A stretch of 63,871 nt of DNA, filler included, from Octopus bimaculoides (GCF_001194135.2; 7 parts of 7 records of this genome joined end to end with filler, not necessarily neighbours in it), one strand, 5' to 3'; positions 1 through 12,613 are shown, counted from the whole stretch's first letter. Notes: a model not told the origin generated them from the sequence alone. A program made the numbers and translations.

Positions 1-564
1 ATATATATATACCTGTATATACGTATGTATAAGTGTATACATATGTATGTGTGTGCGTTTGTCTGTTTTTCAGTATACATGTGTGTTTGCGCGCGCATGT
101 GTGTATGGTCCAACACATTCTCATTCGCAGAAATACGCACATACATATACGTTAGCGGACGTGTCTGTGCGTGTGCATGCTCTCGCACTTTTCCTTTAAA
201 CTCTATACAATTGCTTACTGTAAAACCTTGAACCTTTAAGACGATTTATCTATAAACAAAAGGAAAAAAAGGCAAGCTGAGCAGAGCAGGGAACACAATG
301 TGAAATAACACTTGCGACAGGAAAAGGCGAAAATTATAAATCAAATAAAGGAAAATAAATATAAATATAAATATAAAATCAAAGAATTAAGGAACAGTTT
401 GAAACAATAAACAGAAAAAATCTTCTTACAGTTGTGACTCAATAAGTCATTATGGTCGTGGGAAAGAACGGGGCCCTAGAGGAAAGCATACAAAATAAAA
501 CATCTTTGTTGTCTCTACAACCATAACGTACTCCAAACTTGAGTTCTGAGACAATAGATTCGTG

Positions 565-641
565 TGAGTCTACTGTCTCCGTTGTCTCTGTGTGTGTGTG
601 TAAGTGCAAGTCTGTGCACGCGTGCGTGCGTGCGTGCGTGC

Positions 642-684
<43 letters not shown>

Positions 685-829
685 TGTGTGTGTGTATTAA
701 TAATGACAGAAACGATGAAATTGTTTCTATTCGCAAAGAAGACGGACAAGATGCTTCTGAATGTAAATACATGTGATTATTCAATTGTGACGTTGAATAA
801 AAAATGCAGTGCTTATCTCTATCTGTCTG

Positions 830-901
<72 letters not shown>
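565..901. repeat. (GT)n/(GCGT)n and (ATCT)n microsatellites
   Basis: Direct reading; these explain the VC/TH/IYLS ORFs in the track. Confidence 0.95.
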
Positions 902-1666
902 CGAGATAAAGTAATTGGTTGATCGTAATCAAAAGTCAGACTCGCGTCAATACACCAAAATTGAAGGCAATCTGAGCAAAATTAAAGGGGACAAATATCT
1001 TCCCATTCTCATTCCTAACAATACAAAATAGCAGTTTAGGTGTTGGTGGATATCGGTGGAACCGTTAGAAAATTTGAATGTTGTCTCATGTGTTGTTTGT
1101 TTCAGCTCTTTGCGTTTGAGCTAGAATCTCACCATGGCCTATTTGCGTTTTCAGGCTCAATTCATCGCGTGGTTTAATATTACTTGATCGTTGGGTAGCT
1201 ACAGTGCAATTGCTGACATTCGGACCAAACCCCAGCTAGCAGTTACCGTTCACCATTATTTTCAGAGACCCTGTAAAGGCTCGAGTACCTACCCTCCCTT
1301 CTTGTAAAAAAAAAAAAGGTGTCTTGACTTCCAGCAAATTATGATCATTCTTTGTGCGTCAATATATCAAAAATATCTTATCTTTATATTAGTTACTGTA
1401 GATAATATTTACCAAGAGACGTGTTGACTACTGCTCTTTCAGGGGGTATCGTAAAATGTATAGGAGCTCATAGTAATTAACGGGTTAATGTTTATTCGGG
1501 ATCCTGGTCGAAGAAAAAAATATAGGAAGGACGAGAGGGTCAGATTTGTGTTTATTAGAAGAAAAGATGGAGCAAATGCAATCAAGCGAAACTGGTCTGG
1601 GGATAAGTAAACAGTAGCAGTGGGAAGACAGGGAAAAAGAGAGTGAGAAAGAGGGATAGAGAGAGG

Positions 1667-1708
<42 letters not shown>

Positions 1709-1766
1709 AAGAGAGATAGGGAGCAAGAGAGAGAACACGCACATATGTATATGTATGCATGCGCGC

Positions 1767-1798
<32 letters not shown>

Positions 1799-2671
1799 AC
1801 CTAGTTGAAAAGAGAGGGAGAGACAGCTGCATCGAAATTTTTCGCCAGGGATAGAACTCTTGGTGAATAGACAGTCGAAGTAACAGTACTGGAATTAATA
1901 GAATTAACAGAAGCAGCGGCAACAGTAGAAGGTCACTATTAAGGAGATGGTGGTGGTGCTGCTGGTGCTAATGAAGAGGATGGTGGAGGTGAAGAAGGAA
2001 AAAGAAAAGGGTAGGTATGACGAAGAAGAAAGAGGATGAAGAGGAGATGACAAATAAGTGGTTACGCCTCTGGATAGTGTAATGATTCAGACAATATTCC
2101 CATACAAGAATAGGGAGACGGACGAGGCGAGAAGGGGAGATAAATGGATTTTTTACTGCTACTTTTTCTCGAAAGTTGGTAGGTGTATCTAACGTTTATG
2201 TTTTTGCTTTTTTTTTTTGCATCTGTTCAGCTTGTCCCCAATTAAACAATAACCCTTAGCTGTTTGTTGTGACATTCTACACAAGAACATAAACCACAGC
2301 TGTCAAGAAGACCACACTCATACAGCGCCCAACACCATCACCACTTAATAGACAGAACAAGGCTACATCCAATTGTTACTCGAAATTTTCAATAGTTTAA
2401 CTTGACAATATTCTCTAATATTCAATTCAAAGACAACCGGAAAAAAATGTGGAGTTAAACTATAATTGAAATAACATCGACGAGAATTGTTTCTCTGACC
2501 TTTTTTTCTTTGATGGCTTTCTCGATGCTCTTGTTTTGGGTTTTGTTGTTGCTGCTTCTGATAATCGTGTCAAGGATGATGATGATGGTGATGTTGCCTG
2601 ATTTGTCAAATAAACTTCTTCGGTAAATGAATAACTGTGAAGAACAATATCGCTATTGTCCTATTGTATCT

Positions 2672-2897
2672 CTAGGAATCTGGATGGAATCCCACCGACA
2701 ATGTTGGCGGCTGCCATTTGGAAAAATAAGCAATCACCTGGCGCAGTGCTAAAATCAGGGGTTCTACAACTTACACAAAATTTTCTAGAAATCTGAACAG
2801 AATCCTACCGACAAGGTCGGCGGCTACCATTTGGAGAAAAAAGCGATGACCTGAGCCAACGCTAAAATCTAGGGTACCGCAACCTGCACGAAATTTC
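2672..2897. repeat. Diverged tandem duplication, 2 x ~113 bp
   Basis: ctaggaatctggatggaatcccaccgacaatgttggcggctgccatttgg (2672) vs ctagaaatctgaacagaatcctaccgacaaggtcggcggctaccatttgg (2785); similarity continues to the unit ends. Confidence 0.85.
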
Positions 2898-4160
2898 TAA
2901 ATCCATTTAAGAACAAAATGGTAGTACTAAAGAAAGTGGGTAAAATCACTTCTGGAACAATGGCGGATGAAGGATATGTGTAAGAGGGAAGGGTTCGGGA
3001 CAGTAATGCCACATGACTTGACATGAAACATTTAAACATTTTCGTAATAAAGAGATTCACTCAGTGACGTAGCAAGGATTAGGAAACTATACATTTTTTT
3101 TGATTACGTGTTAATTATTCAAATACATTTTGAAGCTGGTGTAAAGGTAGCTGATAACTGGAAGATGATGTGGAAAAATATTTGGAAAAGATGATTTTAA
3201 TTGAAAGACTGGGAGAAGACGATGCACATTTTATAACTGGGAAGCGGGCTCATTGTAGGATAGACCAACGGCGCCGGCTACACTGGCACTGTTTATTGGC
3301 TGATTCGACGCAAGTTTTTTAGGTTTAAACGTTCCTATACCGTATTTCTTTATAATCATCATATCACATTTGTTTTCAATCTTTTCTTCTCTTACATAAT
3401 TCAGAATAACTTTACACCTTTCGTAATATAATTTGTTGAGCTTATATAATTTATCCTCTCCATTTGGATAATTGGTAGTGTCTTTATTTTCAATTGTAGC
3501 ATTTATAGAGAATTTACATTATTTTCTATCTCCGTGTGTTCAATTCACTATCTCTTTATTCTGCTCATAACTAGCACTTTATTTCTTACACGCACGCACG
3601 CGCAGACACACACACAATGTACACATACACGCGCGCGTACCTGCACGCACGCACACACTCACATACACAGGTTGCAATTGTGTTTTTTTTTTCTTTTTTA
3701 TAATCTAGTCTTGTCAGTCAACATATGTATATCTATTTCTGCTCATCTTCTTAACATTTAATTCATTTCATGGTGAAATTTCATCTCCAAGACTTCCTAC
3801 AGTTATCACGTGCATACAGTGAGAACCAGTATGTTATCTCTTACGCAAACATCAAGAAATAACATCTATTTCAACGAAATTACATAATGTATTCCATTGA
3901 TCAAATTTGTCTTGTCCATTATGCGTTAACATCGAGTTAAGACTGCTAGCAGTTACCATATTAAAGTATCCATTCGAAGTCGTGTGCGGCTTCATGTTCA
4001 GCTTAGATTTTTTGCCCAGCACCTCTATGATTCATCAAAGCATGCTAACGTATGACTCACTGTTCTACATCAACAACAACCATGAGAATACAAGAAATCT
4101 AATGAGGGCCTGCTTTGGCAATATTCGATTTTTAAAAAGAAGAAAAAAGGTAGATATACA

Positions 4161-4276
4161 GGTGCAGGCGTGGCTGTGTGGTAAGAAGTTTGCTTCCCAA
4201 CCACATGATTTCGGGTTCAGTCCCACTGCGTGGCACCTCGGGTGTATGTGTGTGTATGGAGGTGGTGGTGGTGGTG

Positions 4277-4307
<31 letters not shown>

Positions 4308-4495
4308 CTTTATGTTTGTATTTATCCTCCCCACTAACAGTCCACGTTCTTCTAACTTAGCGAACCGGCCCAAAAACACGTTGAGAATAAATATTAAACT
4401 TAAAAATAAGTACCGCGTTCGATTTGTTCGACTAAAACCCTTCAAAGCGTTGCCCCAACATGGGCCGCAGTCCAATGAAAGAAACCAGTAAAAAG
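4161..4495 (+). mobile_element. tRNA-derived SINE family B (head, internal microsatellite, 3' tail)
   Basis: Head ggtgcaggcgtggctgtgtggtaag...ggttcagtcccactgcg with A/B-box-like motifs; tail cgactaaa...catgggccgcagtccaatg; same family recurs many times in the window. Confidence 0.8.
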
Positions 4496-4624
4496 AAAAA
4501 TGCGTGTTTTTATACTGCAGAAGATAAAGCCTGTACCAAATTACTCTAATATAGGTCACTGATATCATTTCCCTAAGAACAAAGTGAGCTGTTAATACTG
4601 TCCCTGAATCAGTATGCCAGGATT

Positions 4625-4978
4625 AATGCTTAGCGGCACCTCATCCGGCTTTACGTTCTGAGTTCAAATTCCACCGAGGACGACTTTGCCTTTCATCCTT
4701 TCTGGGTCGATAAAATAAATACCTGTTGAGTACTGGTGTCGACGTAATCGACTTAGCCCCTCCCCGAAATTACTAGCCTTATGCTAAAATTTGAAATCAG
4801 AATTTTGTCTCTGAATCAAGTGAGCGAGCTGGCTGAATTGTTAGCTCGGCGGACAAAACGCATAGCAGGATTTTGTCTGTTTCTAAGTTCTGAGTTCAGT
4901 TCTCGTCGAGGTCTACTATGCCTTTCATCTTTCGGGGTCGATGTAAAGTCTTATTGAGAACTGGGATCGATCTAATTG
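4625..4978 (+). mobile_element. Two tandem copies of tRNA-derived SINE family A
   Basis: gcttagcgg...ttctgagttcaaattcc...gactttgcctttcatcctttc.gggtcgataaa motif shared with about 20 other copies. Confidence 0.85.
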
Positions 4979-5748
4979 NNNNNNNNNNNNNNNNNNNNNN
5001 NNNNNNNNNNNNNNNNNNNNNNNNNNNNNNNNNNNNNNNNNNNNNNNNNNNNNNNNNNNNNNNNNNNNNNNNNNNNNNNNNNNNNNNNNNNNNNNNNNNN
5101 NNNNNNNNNNNNNNNNNNNNNNNNNNNNNNNNNNNNNNNNNNNNNNNNNNNNNNNNNNNNNNNNNNNNNNNNNNNNNNNNNNNNNNNNNNNNNNNNNNNN
5201 NNNNNNNNNNNNNNNNNNNNNNNNNNNNNNNNNNNNNNNNNNNNNNNNNNNNNNNNNNNNNNNNNNNNNNNNNNNNNNNNNNNNNNNNNNNNNNNNNNNN
5301 NNNNNNNNNNNNNNNNNNNNNNNNNNNNNNNNNNNNNNNNNNNNNNNNNNNNNNNNNNNNNNNNNNNNNNNNNNNNNNNNNNNNNNNNNNNNNNNNNNNN
5401 NNNNNNNNNNNNNNNNNNNNNNNNNNNNNNNNNNNNNNNNNNNNNNNNNNNNNNNNNNNNNNNNNNNNNNNNNNNNNNNNNNNNNNNNNNNNNNNNNNNN
5501 NNNNNNNNNNNNTGTGTTTGTACGTGTACACCTTATCTAAGTTTATTTATGCACCGAGTAATTTAATCAAATTGTGTATTTGTATGTAAATAAAAAAAAA
5601 AAGATATCAAAAAACGAAACAAAACTTAAGAACTCATATAAATTTTATTATTTTAACAGGCCCATCTCAGTTGGCACAGAAATGTAGCAGGTATGTACTA
5701 TCTATCTATCTATCTATATATATATCTATCTATCTATCTATCTATCTA

Positions 5749-5791
<43 letters not shown>

Positions 5792-5844
5792 TGTTATACA
5801 TTTTTGAAATTTACTCTTCCATACATACTTGATTAAGTGTCGAA

Positions 5845-5965
5845 TTGGTAGAGTCTTTAAAGCGTTGAATGGTATGTGTCATGGAACATTTTCCAATTTT
5901 CTGAGCTCTAAGTTCAAATTCTACCAAGGTCATGATACCATTCATCCTTTCGAGGTCAATAAAAA
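5845..5965 (+). mobile_element. SINE family A, decayed
   Basis: aagttcaaattctaccaaggtc...ttcatcctttcgaggtcaataaa. Confidence 0.7.
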
Positions 5966-6199
5966 CATCGCACCACTCCACAGCAGTAGAGTATCGGGAG
6001 TGATAGCGAATCGGTATTGATGCCGTGTGGTGTATGTTCGAGTTCTTTGCGTTCTGACACACATGCTTGGGGCGATATTGATGCCAAGCTGTATCAGCCC
6101 TGCTGAGCGGTTTTTCCCTTGGATGGACACAGCGACGTGGAGAGAAGAGACTTGTATACGTTGACAATCGGCAATATTACGCAAAAAATTCTACCCAAG

Positions 6200-6780
6200 C
6201 CTGCATATATTTATATGTGAAGAGACAGATTGATCCGTGACCGAGGGAGCCCTGAATATACAATTGGTTCATATCGCGTTCTTCTGGATCAAGTTTGCAA
6301 TTGAAAAGTAGATAACAGTGTAGTTAGTTTACGGGAATATCAGTTTTAGATAATATTACGTGAACGATTAATAATGCATCCTTATCAACGCCATTTTCAT
6401 AACTGTACACTTGAATTTACCAATGGTGTACCGGAACAAGAATGCATACAGACCTTTAAAAATAAAGAGAACTGGTAGAGCATTCCAATTAAAAAAGTTA
6501 GTCGGTTTGAAAATAATAGATCAGACAAGTAACCAAGTTAGGCGCTGTTATAACTGTCCGGCGGATGTGAATGCCTTGTCAAAAATTGGAAAGAGATTAC
6601 AGAGAACTAATGGAAAATTTGCAGCTTTTCTATCCAGACTATAGATTTTCATTTGTATTTATTGTCATCGGTGCGCCGGGCTATGGAACAATAGATTTGC
6701 ATAAAGGGCTAGAACTGCTGGGATTCTCCAGAAAAAAAAAACGGAATAATCTCCTGGCATATAGAAACAAATGGTCAAAC
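6200..6780 (+). mobile_element. R4/Dong-like LINE C-terminal (restriction-like endonuclease) remnant
   Basis: Frameshifted peptides NNRSD (HNRPD-like), CPADVN and KLERDYRELMENLQLFYPDYRFSFVFIVIGAPGY...LELLGFS match the RLE PD-(D/E)xK region as recalled. Confidence 0.75.
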
Positions 6781-6789
6781 CAATAATTT

Positions 6790-8290
6790 ATCTACTTATA
6801 AGGTGACATATGAACTCTTAGTTCATATGGAACAGCTGTACATTCAGAATATATTTCCGAAGTTCTTCACCTAATCTCATCATATTACTTTTGATCTTAA
6901 GTATACAACTTATGTACTCATTTTTCTCATTACTCTTCAGTAAGTGACATAATGCAACACTTAAATGTTGTCTGGACTGATTTATATTTCTGTCTCCATA
7001 CTACCGTTTAGCATAGACCCGGTCAGTGTTACTGTTGATGCAGAAGTTACCAGTATTCGTTACTATCTTTCAAGTGCTAATGTCCAGGCTGCAGATTTCT
7101 ATGTGTCCGTCTAATATTTCAAATCTTGGTACAAGCACTTGCACTGCAAAAGCAAGTAGGATGTAATTTTATCAAATGCAGGCAGTTCTGTAGTTTTATC
7201 AAATGCAGACAGCTCTGATGTTTTGTCATATGCAGACAGTTCTGACATCAATACCTTCCAAACTCTACTAAAATATTCTTTTGTCATTCTAGCTTTACTT
7301 TAACACGCAATTTTCTCATCTATTCTACAGTAATTGTAATATTCATCACTGGCGGTAGAGCAGACAGTCGGCTATTGACATCCATATTCCCTGTTTGGTC
7401 AACAAACTTCTCTGGTTTGACTTCCAAATAAGACTGCTTAACTTAACTGAACTTCATCCATATGTTCTGCAAGAATGTTGCGACCGGTTTTAACTGTCAC
7501 TTGGTGCTGTAAATATTATTTGTATAGAGCTTAAGGTCATCGATAAAAAAGGTGGGGGTTACATTAATTTCTCTCTCCTTTGCAGATCTTATCACATAGT
7601 TTTTATATTTCTTCAACAAGGGCTTCACGTCTAGGACGGAAAGCATTACAGATAAGCCGGGATAGTCCTACTGACAGCCCAATTCTGTTAGTGACTATAA
7701 GAGTAGTTTCGGTTCTTATCGATATCACTGTGGATTCTATTGTTGCCAGTCCCTTCGTGGCATCATCTATAGTAGTTAGAGCCCTAGCAAGGCATAGTGA
7801 CTCTTTAATCCATGAATGAGCAATAAGTAAACACCTTCTAATAGTCTAACCATAAAGTCAGCATATTTTAGTGCAACTACTTTGCTTTCTTATGAGTTAT
7901 TTTGTTGATGAAGAACTATTCGAAGTGTAGGTTAAAGAGGGCAGTGCTGCAGAACATGAGCTTTCTGTATCCATAACCAACTATCAGGTCTCTGCCAGGT
8001 GGTTTTTCGTTCAGTAGTTTTGTAACAACGTCTAGGAGAATTTCACTGGTGATATGTTAAGTCTTGGGAGAGATGCTTGCACTGTTGCTCATTCCATCTC
8101 ATCTAACCACATTGCAACACGGTAATATCGATTTGATGGAGGGAGGGAGCTTATAAGCAAATCATTTGTGTGGTTGTTCAGTAAGAAATTGCAGAACCCT
8201 CATACGCCGTCTAATGATGGGAGTACCCATGACTCACACATGAATAGCGTGACTTTAGAGCGGAAATGACATCACTTTGATTGTGTGTCT
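6790..8290 (-). mobile_element. R4/Dong-like LINE reverse transcriptase remnant
   Basis: Minus-strand fragments KPPGRDLI, HSWIKESL, GDYPGLSVMLSVLDVKPL, FIDDLKLY, KARMTKEYFSRVWKVLMSEL, FCINSNTDRVYAKR; many stops and frameshifts. Confidence 0.85.
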
Positions 8291-9119
8291 GCGTTGAAAA
8301 AACCCCGGGAATCCGAGCAAAAATGTAATTCTTGAAATTAAACACTAAGCTATATAATCGCCACATTGTGAATGATGAATATAATAGTACGTTATTAACT
8401 TTGCTATTATTTACAACGCCTTCTACTTTAATATTCGAGACCCGTGAATGAGTGGATGTTAATGTTTTTGACGAAGTAACATGTAACTAATCCTTTGAAG
8501 TCATATTTTAGTCACGTGTCCTAATGCACTGCAGAGAAAGCAGTTGTGTACAGCCTTGTGTAAAAGAAGCAGTGGTGCATATCTGATGGTTACGCAAATT
8601 AAACAATTTGATATGCCGTGTGCACAGTCGTTGCATATTCATTATACATCCGGCATTCTGTAATTAGTAAGTAATTTGGAACCAATATTTCCCGTTTGAG
8701 GTAATATCTTACTTCAGCTGAAATACTTTTTGACCGATAACAAGGCATGAAAATAGAGTTTGATAACCATAAAAAATTAATGTAAGGTTTCTTCGCGTGG
8801 TTTTTATCTTGGATTTTATCGTCTACGGATGAAACTCTAGAAATTAAATCCTAGAAAGAAGTAACTTCAAAAAGAACTCCGCGTGAGTCATGTATGCATA
8901 CATACACACACATGCATGCATACATACATACATATGTACGGACGTGTGTGTGTGTGTGTGTATGTGTGTGTGTGTGTACGTAAATACATGCACATATATA
9001 CTGTTTCTGAAACAAGAAAATAAATAGATTTCAATGGTTGTCTCAGTTTACGTATTGCGAGAAGCTAGATTTTCTTCCATTCTTGCCAAAAAAGTGGGAG
9101 ATGTAACCACCTTAACCGC

Positions 9120-9139
9120 CACCAGCACTGCTGCTGCTG

Positions 9140-9186
<47 letters not shown>

Positions 9187-9240
9187 GCTGCTGCTTATGC
9201 TTCTGCTGCTGCTGCTACTGCTGCTACTGCTTCTACTATG
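9120..9240. repeat. (CTA)n/(CTG)n trinucleotide array
   Basis: Direct reading. Confidence 0.95.
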
Positions 9241-9244
9241 TAGG

Positions 9245-10760
9245 GAATTGGCAGACTCATTACAGCGTTTGTAAAATAACTCGTGGTATTTTCCTTGCTC
9301 TCTTTTCTAAATTCAAATATCATTGAAGTCAACTTAGATCTTTTTTTTTTTTAATCTTTCCGGGGTTCTTAAAATAAAGTACAGGTCAAGTACTTTAGTA
9401 GATGGAACCAGCTAGCCCACACTCTCTAAAATTGCTTGACACGAGTCAAAATTTTTAACAGCTATCATTATGAAGGCAATGAACTGGCAGAATCGTTAGA
9501 GCGCCGGACAAAATGCTGAACAACATTTTTTCCAGTGCATTGCTTTTGAAAATAAATCCCCTTGAGGCCAGCTTTACCTTTATCCATTCGGGGTCGATAA
9601 AATATTGTACGAGTCAAGTACTGGATTCAATTTAATCGATTAATTTGTAAGAACTATTAATATTATTATTCGGTCAAATAAGGCGGCGTTCTGGCAGAAT
9701 CGTTAGCACGCCGGGGGCAGCGATTTTTTTTTTGTCCACGAGAGTTCCGGATCCTAGTTATGAACTCATATGCATACAACCAATCAGAGCACAACTATCA
9801 AAGTAATTCATGAGAACATAACAAGTGATGGGCGATAAGATAAGGTCACTTGGGTAAGGAATGACCATAGCTCTTTTCTCTTTTAATAATGCTTGTTGTT
9901 CTTGTTCTTATTTCAACCATGGCTGCCTCTACGTAGTTATTTGTGTTGTTGTTTACTTTGTAAAACAATGAGGGGAGAGGGTTGCTAGCACATCACCTTC
10001 TACCCACATTTTTCCCATCCACATCACGTCTTACAACACCGTTCTTGAATGCCAACCTTTGTTAACTTGACAACAAGGTCAAGGTGAGCATTGATTGGCT
10101 GTATGCAAATGAGTTAATTACTGGGAGTCTGGAACTCATGTGGGGAAAAAAATTCGCCGCCGAGCAAAATGCTTAGCGGTATTTCGTCCGTCTTTAAGTT
10201 CTGAGTTCAAATTCTGCCAAGGTCTATTTTACCTTTCATCTTTTCAGGGTCGATGAAACAAGTACCAGTTGAACACTGGGTTGATGTAATCGACTCATCC
10301 CCTCCCCCAAAACTGCTGCCCTTGTAGCAAAATTTAAAACTATTTTTATTCGATCAAATAAGGCGACGAGCTAGCAGAATCGTTAGCACACCGGGCAATA
10401 TGCATAGCGACATTTCGTCCGTGTTTACGCTTTGGGTTCAAATTACGCCGAGGTCATCTTTGTCTTTCATCCTTTCGGAGATCGATGAAATAAGTAGCAG
10501 TTAAGCATTTGGGTCGATGTAATGTCAGGATTTGTGCCTTTAATGGAAAGAATTATTATTAAGGCCGCGAGCGAGCATAATCGTTAGCTCGCCGGACAAA
10601 ATGGTTAGCAGCACTTCGTTCGCCTGTACGTCCTGAATCCAAATTCCGACGAGGTCAATTGTCTTTCATCCTTTAGATGAAATAAGTAGCAGTCGAGCAC
10701 GTTATCATCGTCTTTCCCTTTGACCCGAAATTTCAGGCCTTTTGCTTTGTAGTAGAAAGG
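9245..10760 (+). mobile_element. Head-to-tail cluster of five SINE family A copies (starts ~9245, 9476, 9682, 10362, 10562)
   Basis: Repeated heads ggc..gagctggcagaatcgttag and central cctttcatcc...ggtcgat motifs; the copy at 9682 is split by a MITE. Confidence 0.85.
9716..10161. mobile_element. ~446-bp MITE with ~75-bp imperfect TIRs, nested in a SINE A head
   Basis: Left ggcagcgattttttttttgtccacgagagttccgg...aactcatatgcatacaaccaatcagagc; reverse complement of right end ggcggcgaatttttttccccacatgagttccag...aactcatttgcatacagccaatcaatgc; removing it rejoins the SINE (ttagcacgccg...gagcaaaatgcttagcgg). Confidence 0.85.
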
Positions 10761-10780
10761 ATTATTATTATTATTATTAT

Positions 10781-10898
<118 letters not shown>

Positions 10899-10915
10899 GG
10901 TGGTGGTAGTAGTAG

Positions 10916-11514
10916 GGATATTTTTGGTTTGACGGGCAACATTTTTCATTTATGTTTTATGTAGTGTTTTTGGTACCGAAACACTTTCAAACTTCGTATA
11001 TTTGTATATATTGTTTTATAGAACAGACCAAAAATTTTGTATTCGAAGTTATTTCATGTAAAAAGTTGTCGTATTTGTGTAATTTCAACCAATCACTGAC
11101 GTCTATTGAGGTGAAAACAATTACTGCCGTAACGGTGTTATGGGATCTTTTCCCTTGAATAAAATTAGTGCCGTTGTTTGTCAACAACAACTATCGGCGG
11201 TACTGTTATTTATAACATCGTTCGTGCGTTTGTACTGGTTTTAGCTTTAGGGTTTTAGGGTTAGGGTTCCGGTTTTAGAGTTAAAGTTAGTTTTAGGGTT
11301 ACGGTTAGGGTTATGATTATTTTTGCCATAACCTCACTCATAACCCTAACCCTAACCCTAATCCTAAAACCCTATAACCCATAACCATAACCCTAACCCT
11401 AACCCCAACTCTAACCCTGAAACCCTAACCCTAACTCTAAAACCCGAACCCTAACCCAAACGCACGAACGATGTTGTAAGAAAACAAGTGTTGCCCGTCA
11501 AACCAAAAAGATCC
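10916..11514. mobile_element. TIR-bounded element with an internal head-to-head telomeric-repeat hairpin
   Basis: 26-bp TIRs ggatatttttggtttgacgggcaaca / tgttgcccgtcaaaccaaaaagatcc (25/26 match); inner perfect 19-bp IR at 11214-11232 and 11457-11475; TTAGGG-like then CCCTAA-like arrays between; (GTA)n on both flanks. Confidence 0.8.
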
Positions 11515-11515
11515 G

Positions 11516-11583
<68 letters not shown>

Positions 11584-11606
11584 GGTGGTAGTAGTAGTAG
11601 TAGTAA

Positions 11607-11653
<47 letters not shown>

Positions 11654-12080
11654 AGTTGAACAAGCAGCAATTAAAATAATAACAACGGTAACAATAATAA
11701 AAATAATGGTAGTGAAAGGATCAGATATCAATTTTTTTACAACCAGACTTAAGAACAACTTACCAAATGAAACATGTGACATTCGTTTTATCTCGTTACG
11801 ATAAAACAAAGCGCATAATTTCTCCCCATTTCTCCCTTATTACTATTCTATCCTTATTGCCTTCTTACACCATCACTTTCTCTCCCTGTCGTTTTTTTTC
11901 TGCCTTGAATTCCCTTGTTCATGATTGAAACCTCGTTTAGTCTATTCGCTTTCTCTCTCTTTCTCTCCCTTCTTTTTTCTCACTTCCTCTCGTTAACTTA
12001 TTCTTCCTTTTCTCACTCTTATTAATGCGCTATTTTCTACAGAAAATCTATATTTTTATACATACACCACACACACACTC

Positions 12081-12150
12081 ACACACCACTACACAAACAC
12101 ACACACCACTACACAAACACACACACCACTACACAAACACACACCACTAC
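12081..12150. repeat. 20-bp CA-rich minisatellite (acacaccactacacaaacac x3 plus a partial unit)
   Basis: Direct reading; embedded in a degenerate CA tract at 12060-12470. Confidence 0.85.
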
Positions 12151-12613
12151 ACGAATACACGTATACCATCACGTAAACACGCACACATACCATCACACAA
12201 GCACGCATACTACCACACAAGCACACACAAACACACACACACACGCATGCCACTACACACACACCCATGTACACACACATGCTACCACACGAACACATTC
12301 TCGTGTGCAGGCAGGCACACACGTACACACGTACGCACGAACACACACACACACACACGCACACATGCACGCAAGAACACACACACATGCACGAACACAC
12401 GCACACGCACGAACCCACACTTGCGGCGCACGCACGCACGCACGCACGCACAGAGGCACTATGTAGCGAATAGGAATTCAAGATACGTCTATTAGTTCTT
12501 TGTCTTTTTCTCTAAAACCGTTTAGTTCTTTTTCTTTCTATCACGCGCATACATTTATGCATATATGCATGTATGTGTGTATGTATGTATGTATGTATGT
12601 ATGTATGTATGTC

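Noticed and set aside
1131-1236. Minus-strand open stretch ending at a CATG|gtgaga donor
   Set aside because: Weak acceptor, no recognisable peptide and no partner exons
3150-3300. Possible RTE C-terminal remnant (EDDVEKYLEKM...)
   Set aside because: Too short and decayed to support
4161-4242. tRNA gene call for SINE heads
   Set aside because: A/B-box-like motifs are present but there is no complete cloverleaf, and the heads continue into SINE bodies
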